DNA of 64,000 bases from Eledone cirrhosa. Taxonomy: Eukaryota. Shown piece by piece: positions 10,588-19,112 of the stretch. The translations under genes and the position numbers were made by a program. A model generated the notes under the pieces. It was not told the DNA's origin and did no database searches. It saw only the letters and a program-made list of their open reading frames with translations. Each line of letters opens with the position of its first letter. Within the stretch, counting starts at the first letter, position 1. Where the stretch lies: contig OZ024745.1 in assembly GCA_964016885.1 (NCBI GenBank), positions 44,702,001-44,766,000 of the forward strand, given 5' to 3'.

Positions 10588-10796
10588 GCAGTTATTTGAG
10601 CAACTTTAGGATGATGAATAAAATATATGACTTCTGTTTAATTTGAACACGGAAACAATATGGATCACACTATTTAATATAGAGTAGTTCTGCATGTTGT
10701 TGTTTGTACCCAAATCACCTTCACTTCACTCAATTCATTGCCAAAATTTACTAATAGGCTAATGACAGTTAGTAGATATTTTCCAGTAGATTAAAC

Positions 10797-10940
10797 GTGG
10801 TTAGGAAGGGCATCCAGCCATAGAAAACCCACCAGACAGTCCTATACGAGCAAGACAACCAATCTTGCCTCACGTGGGACAATTCCCGTCTAAACCCATG
10901 CTAGCGTGGAAGATAGACGTTAAACGATGATGATGATGAT
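10797..10940 (+). mobile_element. SINE 3' half with (GAT)n tail
   Basis: TAGGAAGGGCATCCAGCCATAGAAAACC..AACCCATGCTAGCGTGGAAGATAGACGTTAAACGATGATGAT; same family at about 9495-9550, 15770-15938 and 18285-18450. Confidence 0.7.
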
Positions 10941-10990
10941 AGATTCAAAATAATTTGATGATCAATAAAATTGTGTTGTCATAAGTTAGG

Positions 10991-11170
10991 TCATCATCAT
11001 CATTATATGCTGGGATGGGTTGGATATGTCATCACAGTCCAAGATTAGAGTGGCTGGAGACCCATATCTTGCTTATGCATTCCATATTTTGGCATAGTTT
11101 CTGTGGCTACATGCTCTTCCTAACACAAACCACTTTGCAGCATGTACTGGGTGCATTTTATCATGGTTCC
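10991..11170 (-). mobile_element. Same SINE family, reverse orientation
   Basis: (CAT)n tail, ATGCTGGGATGGGTTGGA, TTTCTGTGGCTACATGCTCTTCCTAACAC.AACCAC, GTACTGGGTGCATTTTA. Confidence 0.65.
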
Positions 11171-11208
11171 AGCTCTACCACTTTACTGTATGAATATTTA
11201 TTTTATAG

Positions 11209-11338
11209 GTTCTTGATATGATCACACCTCCCTATACTGCTGAGTTTGTCCAGTTATTGTTACCTCTAATTGAAAATGAAGATATCACCGGCTCATTAAA
11301 AGTTGAAGATGGTACGGATCCTGTCACCGAATTTATTG
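11209..11338 (+). CDS. NELFCD: NELF-C/D penultimate coding exon: [43 protein letters not shown]
   Basis: Acceptor ttttatAG (AG ends 11208), donor ATTG|GTAAGT, 130 nt (phase 0 to 1); resembles VLDVIAPPYTSDFVQLFLPILENDSIAGTIKTEGEHDPVTEFI. Confidence 0.95.
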
Positions 11339-12000
11339 GTAAGTTTTTTGTGATAGATAGACAACAATGACAACAACCACAACTACTTACAAGCATTTAA
11401 AGGCCATTTTCCCTGCTAAAACAGAGAAATATATGTCACTACCATATCTTTCATAAAATCCTTATTATGCTTATAGTATATTTGTATGCTATTAAATGAC
11501 TGACACCATTACTATGTCAGCTACAAAAATCTATTTAACAAGAAGTTTGTGTCTGTTGCTGTTTAGCTATGTCAATCTTGATTGAACAAACCTATGCTCA
11601 AAAGTTTTCTAGCCATTACATGAGCCACTTGTCTTTCATTGCATTCTTTTTTTTAAGATGGTAGGGTGTGATTTGATTGAGATATGACTGCTATTTCTGG
11701 CAGGTCAAGCGATCATATAAAGGCTCTGTGAGTCAAGTATGTAGTCAGCACATTTTATGCTGGTGGCCGGGTCTTCATCTATATTACATCTATATTGTCT
11801 ATATATTCTCTATATTTCATCTATGAGGGTTGATTGAATAGTTCATAGGCTGACCAAGATACTCTCATGAAATGACCAACATAGTCCACGGAAAGAAACA
11901 CTGCAGTTATTAATAAGAAGAGTTGAAATTAATGCAAGCAAGATTTCACAGGTCTAGCATCACTTCTTTATAATCAGCCTATGAACATTACAGCCAATTC

Positions 12001-12260
12001 TTCTATATTATCTATGTATATTTTCTATATAACATCTCTATTATCTATGTATATTTTCTATATAACATCTCTATTATCTATGTATATTTTCTATATAACA
12101 TCTCTATTATCTATGTATATTTTCTATATAACATCTCTATTATTTATGTATATTTACTATATAACATCTATATTGTTGATATATATATTTTCTATATAAC
12201 ATCTATATTGTTGATGTATATATTGTCTATATTATATATTTATTGTCTATGTATATTTTT
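12001..12260. repeat. 33-bp AT-rich minisatellite, about 7-8 copies, decaying toward the 3' end
   Basis: Unit TCTATTATCTATGTATATTTTCTATATAACATC; the ORF track shows the matching 11-aa period ITSLLSMYIFY. Confidence 0.9.
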
Positions 12261-12267
12261 TCTTCAG

Positions 12268-12302
12268 CTCACTGTCGATCAAATTACATTATGGTAACGT
12301 GA
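12268..12302 (+). CDS. NELFCD: NELF-C/D terminal coding exon: (A)HCRSNYIMVT-stop
   Basis: Acceptor ttttttcttcAG (AG ends 12267); G+CT completes the Ala codon; TGA at 12300-12302; resembles the vertebrate C-terminus AHCKSNFIMVN. Confidence 0.92.
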
Positions 12303-13704
12303 TACTGTTAAAGAAGATGAATACAATGGTGGCAAGTTTAAAAACTGACTTGAACTGGATTTCAAGATAACAAATGTCAGAAAATAAAGAATATTTTCAT
12401 AAAAAACTGAACATAATTGCATTTCTGAAGCCATTTATACCCACTGTAACAGGAATACATGGGAAAATTTCAGTCCTTACCTAATACCACAGGCTAGCTC
12501 ACTAGCTATCCCTTTGATATAATCAAAAACACTGACCAATTTTGATCATTATTGCAAACTGATATTTTATCTAGAATTCATATATTTTATTATCAATTTA
12601 GTGAAGAACAGAATACAGGTTTTCATATTGTTTAATATGGTTGCAATGCAGAGATACTATTTCTGGTTAGTGTTTTTTCATAGTGGTGGTAGTGCTGGTG
12701 GTTGATGTTTGGTTAGAATGTAAAAATATTGTTTGTAACTTTGGAAATTCTCTTATGAAAATAGAAAGCAGTCTGCTATTAATTTAAAGTTTAGTTTAAA
12801 TGGAGTTGGGCATTTTTTACTGTGTCAAATAGAATTTACATTCTATATAATAGAGTTTCAATGCTATTTATTTAAACTGATAGTTTAACAAACAATCAAT
12901 AACAACAACAATGAAGAAAGTCGTATGATCTTGTGTACACATTCACTCCATGTATTCTGATTACTATGATTTGAAAATTAGTAGCATCTACTTATGCAGG
13001 GAAATACGTCTCAGTTCTTTAGATTATTACGTTTTAAAGGGACCAACATTTGGAATCTTCAGATTTTTCTGGGGAGTTTACTTATTTAAACTGTTACAAG
13101 TTGTTTTACATTTCATTTCATTATTACCTTTGAAAAGGTATAGCTCTTTGTGCCCACATGAATACACAGAGAGAGGGGGAGGGGAAATAAAGAAAGAGGG
13201 CAGGGAAGATGTAGAGAGCATGAGAGATAGAAAAAAGGGGGAGGGGGAGAAGAGAAAGGGAAGGAAGATGGAAAAGGAGAGAGGAAAGAAAGAGAGATTT
13301 AATTTTATATGAGAGATATCTATACTTCAGTTAACATAACATTCTAGAAATAGATTCAAATGACATGAAAAAATATAAACTATGAATATTATGTGTGAAA
13401 AGTTCTACTGAGTCTCAGTTAATGTTATTAAAAATTGTTTGTTTTTTGGTAAGTCTAGTGTATGGAATTTCTCCACAAATCTGTTATTTGTCTCTCATAT
13501 AATGTATCCAGAACCTAATTTGCTTTCTTCTATATGGAACTGTTATTATAAAGCTACCACTATTCATTTGCTACATCCACATCCTAATATAATACTAGCT
13601 GTGAGGTACCACTGATCTGATCAACTTTCATTTATTTCATCCAAACTCAAAAACACAAATATATCTTCTGATATTTGGAAACAAATTATTTTTACATTAT
13701 AAAG

Positions 13705-13710
13705 AATAAA
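13705..13710 (+). terminator. Candidate polyadenylation signal for NELFCD (alternative AATAAA at 12383-12388)
   Basis: AATAAA followed about 30-70 nt later by a U/GU-rich tract GCGTTTTTCTTGTTTTATTTTATT; implies a 3' UTR of about 1.4 kb. Confidence 0.45.
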
Positions 13711-14164
13711 AAACAAAACAAAAAACAATTTAATTTTGCAGCGTTTTTCTTGTTTTATTTTATTATTTTCTATTTTTTACTCACCCCTAGCAAGGCTATA
13801 ATGCCTTTAAAATGCAAAGGGGTTACTAAGAAGGGAAAATGACTAGACAGAACATAATTCAAGTAGAGAGATGATGATTGATGTGGTTCTGATGTGTTTA
13901 TTTTTTAAAACAAGTCTACAGTGTGAGTTTATTATAAAATAGGCTCATGTTATCGGAAATATAAAGCATTTTTCTTAAAACTTTCATATACTCCTGACTT
14001 TATCCATTATAGTATTAGTTAGAATTTTGACTGACCCCACTGGCCTGAAATTCTGGTGCTGAAGTTTGCCAGCTCTGAATTCCATTCTGCTACCTGCTTC
14101 TGGTTACTACTGTTAATTACATTATTGCTTTAGTCTGAGTTCTTTGAGGAAAGCTTTGCTGTAA

Positions 14165-14280
14165 TGTTTACCAACTTTGTGTGGGATATTTGGTGAAAAA
14201 CTGACAACTAAGCAGTTGTGAGACTTCCCAACTCACTCTCTTCAAGGCCAAGATCATGACCCGGCGCTTGCTCTCCCATG
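14165..14280 (+). mobile_element. Possible highly decayed CR1/L2 LINE ORF2 C-terminal remnant
   Basis: Frameshifted pieces FTNFVWDIW..AVV..LTLFKAKI resemble the FxNRVVxxWNxLPxxVV..FKxxL end of CR1/L2 ORF2; weak evidence. Confidence 0.25.
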
Positions 14281-14409
14281 GTGGTATAACCCCCATCTTC
14301 CTTGGTAAGCAGCATGTAGCATACCAACCCCTCTTTTCTTACAGTCTCCTTCACATAACTACCTTCCCAGTCTGGCCAGGGACACAACGAACACCTTAGT
14401 GTTGTAAGG

Positions 14410-14620
14410 AGGAGCCACAACAAAAAAAGCACCCAATTCACCCTATAAGGTGTTAGTACTGGTGCCACGACTAAAAGCAGCCAGTCCACTCTGTAAGGTG
14501 TTAGAACTGGTGCCACAATGAAAAGCACCCAGTCTACCCTGTAAGGAGCCATGACAAACAGTACCTGACCACCGTGTAAAGGTGGTCGGTGTTAAGAAAG
14601 GCATCCAGCTGCAGAAATTA
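14410..14620 (+). mobile_element. SINE-derived segment with tandemly amplified ~50-bp module
   Basis: About four units of G(T/A)GCCAC..AAAAGCACCCAGTC.AC.CTGTAAGGTG followed by AAGAAAGGCATCCAGCTG.AGAAA. Confidence 0.6.
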
Positions 14621-15163
14621 TTCTAAATATAGAATGTATGAATTAGACATGGTCATCTGAGTTATCTAGTCTCATCATATGATAACTTATCTAAAATAGA
14701 TGTTAATGGTGATGATATATGAAGTCTAAATATGTCTGATTATGATGGTGATTTTGAAAGCGAGTATGATTTGGCAGATAATTATAGCAAATCAGATGGT
14801 GTTCCTGGAGAAAATATAGTCTGTATGTAATGTACACTGTCTTAGAAGTGGCAGAGGAAGGGAGTATGAGAGTACTACTTATGCTTATCTTTGGATTAAT
14901 AATAATTATGATTTTTCTGAAGATCCAAGGATTAGAAGTGTCCTAGATAACCTTATTGCTGGGTCAGATAATCCTGTGGATTGGTTTTAGTTGTTCTGGA
15001 CAGATGATCTCTGTCAGTTGTCAAACAATCCAACAATCAAGCCGCACATGGCAAAGCAGCTCATCTCGTTAATTATTACATAAATGATTTCTACTCAGTA
15101 ACTGTGGTGGAGATGGAAGTAGTTTTGGGCTATTCTTCTCAGCACAGTTCCCACTCCCTACAG

Positions 15164-16234
15164 CAGTGTTTTTCAACCTTTTTACCTTTGTGGAATCTGT
15201 GAAATGGTTTTCATGTCTCAGGGAACGCCCTGCATAAAAATTATTATACAACATTATTATCTATCTTTTTTATATTTTTATTGTTCATGCGGTTAACATG
15301 ATATATTTTTTCAGATAACTGGTTTAAGGAAAAAATGACCCCCTTCTTTGTCAAAATTATTGGCAATGCCAAAAAAATCATACTGCTCCTTTATGAGACC
15401 TCACATCAAGGTTTTCATTCACAAAAAAAAAAATCTGTAAGCATACACTCAAAAGTAAACAAATAACCAATATCACATATGTATAAAATCGAGATCTTTG
15501 GTGCTATACAGTTATACAGAAGACCCGCCTTCCCTTATGTACGAACTTAAACCTACATTGAGTAGGCACCTCTTAACCTAATATACACTTCACCCCTACA
15601 CCATCCTCCCACTTCCGTCCACACCACCCTTTCTCTGTAAAGTTATGTTGGTACTACAGAATATCCAATCCACACTGTAAAGTGGTTGTGTAGGTGACAC
15701 GACAAAAACCACCCAGTCCACATTGTAAAGTGGTCGTGTAGGAAACACGGTAAAAATGGCTCCCAGACCATAATGTAAATGTGGTTGGCATTGGGAAGGG
15801 CATCCAGCCATAGAAAACCTGCCAGAAACAATTCTATACAAGCAAGACATGGTTACCCGACCAATCTTGTGTCAAGTGGGACAAACCCGTCCAACCCATG
15901 CTGGTGTGGAAGATGGGCATTAAATGATGATGATGATAACACATGTAGACAACGCAACACAGACTTCAAAACACTTATATGTATATATAATACATATAGT
16001 TATTTTTTTGGTTTGTGTGTGTATTTTACAGGCAGCATAATTTTAAATAATATAAGAGGTTGAAGCCTTTATTACAATAACCAAGTATTTTCCAACAATA
16101 TACCATATGGGTATAGTAAAATTATGGATATAAAATTAATAAAAAATTACTAAAATATAAAATTAATAAAAAATTAAATGCATTAGCTTATTTACCACTG
16201 TTTCTCATGGAACTCCTAGCGACCTCTTGTTGAA
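15164..16234 (+). mobile_element. Probable hAT-type non-autonomous element with eroded right end and a nested SINE
   Basis: Left TIR-like CAGTGTTTTTCAACCTTTT preceded by CCCTACAG (15156-15163); right side GGAACTCCTAG..GTTGAA followed by CCCTATAG (16235-16242), a 7/8 match that fits an 8-bp TSD. Confidence 0.45.
15625..15938 (+). mobile_element. SINE with triplicated internal module and (GAT)n tail
   Basis: Repeated CC(C)A.TCCACA.TGTAAAGTGGT units, then GGGAAGGGCATCCAGCCATAGAAAACC..AACCCGTCCAACCCATGC..TAAATGATGATGAT. Confidence 0.7.
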
Positions 16235-16253
16235 CCCTATAGCACTAGTATTG

Positions 16254-16465
16254 GAACTGAAGAGTCCACTTAACCATCTATTTGACAAGTTTTCTATCGC
16301 TGAATGCCTTTCTTATCATCAACCACTTTACAGAGTGTACTGAGTGTGTGTGTTTTTTGTGGAAGCAGCACTAATTGTTATGTCTCTGACACAACTGAAG
16401 AGTCCACTTAACCCTTTGTTTGGCAAGATTTCTATGGCTGGATGTCCTTCCTATCACCGTCCACT
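16254..16465 (-). mobile_element. SINE-like repeat, two tandem ~140-bp modules, reverse orientation
   Basis: AACTGAAGAGTCCACTTAACC occurs at about 16255 and 16393; it is the reverse complement of the 10035-10115 segment. Confidence 0.65.
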
Positions 16466-16662
16466 CTCCATATACTTCAAAACTTCAGAGCTGCCACTAT
16501 CAATGTTGAAATCTATAAAGGGAGATCATGTTAGGTTATAGAATTGCTAGAGTGAAGGTAAGTGGATATGTGTTGCATATAATAGAATTAGGTGGAGAGG
16601 TACATTATGGGCAAGATCAGGTACATTATGAGCAAGAAATTGTGCTACAAGTTCTTCTAGAT

Positions 16663-16794
16663 CAGAGGTTCTCAAAGTGGGTGCTACTGCCCCCCCCCCC
16701 CCCCTGGGGGGCCTTGAGAAGGTCCAGGAAGGTGCTGGGGCCTAAAGGGGTGCTAAAGATGATATAATAGTATATTAAATATCAAATAATACAG

Positions 16795-16827
<33 letters not shown>

Positions 16828-17577
16828 ATTGAATATATAAGTTGAGTTTCTAACTCAATATATGATATTCTCGGCTCCATACGTAGAGCTAACTTTAGTC
16901 CCATAAAACCGGCTGCTATTTTTAGCGGTACGAGTATGAGATGCGCTAGGCGCTGTAACGTGCATTTACCAACAGTCTTCTTGAATCTTTTGAAGTGAAA
17001 GGTACGAATTTCCTGGATACCTGCAGAAGAGCACAGGAATGGTGGCTTTCACTTCGTAAATGATGCGAAACAGATTTAGATCTGTCCGGGTATCAAAGGC
17101 AGTTGCCCGATATAGGTTTGTTATTTTTATTGATTTATTACTTTAAATCGAGACAGGCAAACTATATTGTTTTAAATTAGTATTTTTTCAACCTAGCTAA
17201 CTTGGTCATTTGCAATTCGAACACATGTATACTTGTATCAGTGTTCATCCCTCTCATATATTCAATTATATTACACAGCTCGGAAAGATTCCCTTCTTTG
17301 AGCTATTTAATTGTAAAAGACTATTTTGAGTTTCTAACTCAATATATGATATATATATATATATATATATATATAGTAAAATAAAAAATATATAACATTT
17401 ATTTATATATAGTATATATGATATTATTTATTATGTATAAATTAACGATTTTATTTATTATATATTATTTACAATTTGCGTGTAGGCATCTCTCTGGAAA
17501 TAGGGGTGGGTGGGTTGTGCTGAGGGTATTATGTAGTCGTGAAGGGGGTGGTGGTCCAAAAAGTTTGACAACCTCTG
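16663..17577. mobile_element. hAT (Charlie-like) MITE with intact termini
   Basis: TIRs CAGAGGTTCTCAAAGT and reverse complement CAGAGGTTGTCAAACT; perfect 8-bp TSD TTCTAGAT at 16655-16662 and 17578-17585, fitting the NTCTAGAN Charlie target pattern. Confidence 0.9.
16842..17352. mobile_element. Unclassified ~510-bp segment bounded by identical 27-bp direct repeats, nested in the hAT MITE
   Basis: TTGAGTTTCTAACTCAATATATGATAT at 16842-16868 and 17326-17352; flanked by (TA)n tracts. Confidence 0.6.
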
Positions 17578-17589
17578 TTCTAGATAATT

Positions 17590-17772
17590 GTTTCTACTTT
17601 TCGCGCAAGGCCAGCAATTACCCAGTGCATTACTGGTACTTTATTTTATCGACCCCGTAAGGATGAAAGGCAAAGTTAACCTTGGCGGGATTTGAACTCA
17701 GAATGGAAAGGGCCATAACTCTATGTGTCAAAGCATGGCATTCGACCCTCTACCGATACCGCCAATCCACCG
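17590..17772 (-). mobile_element. tRNA-derived SINE, relatively well preserved, reverse orientation
   Basis: CAAGGCCAGCAATT..ACTGGTACTTTATTTTATCGACCCCG.AAGGATGAAAGGCAAAGTTAACCTTGGCGGGATTTGAACTCAGAA (reverse-complement B-box). Confidence 0.75.
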
Positions 17773-18284
17773 AGGGCAAAACAGAAGGAAAGATGAGATA
17801 GAAGAGGTTTAGAGGGGGAAATAGGAGGAAAGGTGGGAAGGGGAGGAAGAGTCACAATCATAAATTTTCTAACAAGGCAGAATAGAAGCTACAAATTGCA
17901 TAAACCTCCCAGATATTCAAATGAATGACCATTGTTGGTTTAACAGATATTTTCACCATCTGTTATACTTGGAGGCTATATTAAAGTAAACTTAACTGAA
18001 AACTGACTATTTGAATGTAGTTTCCAAACTATACTTTAAATGCAATTGTTATTTCTTTTGATAACAGCTGTAACAGCTGCAGCCACAGTATATACAGCAC
18101 CTCTCAATATAGACCACTTGAAATTTCTTACTTCCTTGAATATACTGAAGAAACTATTATCTAGATACACTTTAATATCATTGATTTATGGCAAACAGAT
18201 CATATATATAAATAATCTTTAAGCAAAATCATTGAACACAGATATGATATATCGTAATATCTTTATTACATTGCAGTTCATGCT

Positions 18285-18450
18285 GTAAGGTGGTTGGCAT
18301 TAGGAAGGGCAGCCAACTGTAGAAACCAAATAAAATCAAAACATATGAGAGGGCCTTAGTCACTTCACCAGTCTGACTTCAGCACATCACAACCTGTCTA
18401 ACCCATGCAAGCATAGAAATAGACATTAAATAATGATGATGATGATGATG
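18285..18450 (+). mobile_element. SINE 3' half with (GAT)n tail
   Basis: GTAAGGTGGTTGGCATTAGGAAGGGCAGCCAACTGTAGAAACC..AACCCATGCAAGCATAGAAATAGACATTAAATAATGATGATGATG. Confidence 0.7.
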
Positions 18451-18504
18451 CATTAGTGAAAAACATAATAAAAATTTCATAAAATTTTTCTTCCCACCCC
18501 GACC

Positions 18505-18716
18505 AAAACCAGTTCGAGTTCTATGAAACAAAAACCACCCATTTTAAAGGTTTCCATTTAAAAGATTTTTCCAACATAATTTATATCAGAACCTTACATT
18601 AAGTTACTATCTCAGTAACAAAATGATTCATAATTTTAGTAATTCCTTCAAAAGTCTTCATTAATTAATTAAAGTAGAGTGTATTTCATTAGAAATGTGG
18701 TCACGAAAGGGTTAAA
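18505..18716 (-). mobile_element. TTAA-type MITE relative, reverse orientation
   Basis: Ends ATTTCATTAGAAATGTGGTCACGAAAGGGTTAA; its reverse complement TTAACCCTTTCGTGACCACATTTCTAATGAA matches the left arms at 2801 and 6096. Confidence 0.55.
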
Positions 18717-18784
18717 CGAGATCTTAAATCCTAAAATAAAGCCAACAGTAGGTTTGGTTAAATATTGATTTCTTCTGGTTGGTC

Positions 18785-19075
18785 TCCTTGTCTCCTTGAC
18801 CTCCTTGTGATCTTAGATCCTCTTTCCCCATCTTTCAACCTATTTCTCATTCTTCATCCCTCTCCTGTTTTTCCTCCTTTTCCTTCTTCCTCCCTCTCCT
18901 TCCTTTCCACCCATTCCACCTCTTCATCAGATTCCTCACTCGCCTCGGCTTTTTTCCCATTGGTTCTCTATTTCCATATCGTTTTTCCCCCTCTTTCTCA
19001 TTCTTTCTCCCACTTTCATGCAGTTCATCCCCTCCTTATGTTACATGCTCTTATTAAGCTCCTTGCCCTCTGTGC
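18785..19075. repeat. Pyrimidine-rich low-complexity tract directly before the satellite
   Basis: About 290 bp dominated by C/T; purine-rich tracts also occur at about 13168-13297 and 17775-17850. Confidence 0.75.
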
Positions 19076-19112
19076 TATCTAACAAAAGGTTACCCTGTTC
19101 TTCTTGCCCTCA

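Noticed and set aside
11981-12199. ORF with ITSLLSMYIFY repeats
   Set aside because: Translation of the intronic 33-bp minisatellite.
12950-13312. 120-aa ORF with a charged tail, and likewise the Ser/Pro/Phe-rich ORF at 18765-19082
   Set aside because: Products of purine-rich or pyrimidine-rich low-complexity tracts in the 3' UTR and intergenic DNA.
10016-16541. Similar peptides SLTQLKSPLN.LFG in ORFs 10016-10201 (-) and 16344-16541 (+) as a gene family
   Set aside because: They are two copies of the same non-coding SINE-like repeat in opposite orientations.
16869-17325. Hammerhead ribozyme in the direct-repeat-bounded insert
   Set aside because: I could not find an intact CTGANGA...GAAA core with supporting stems on either strand by eye; an Infernal scan would be needed to settle it.
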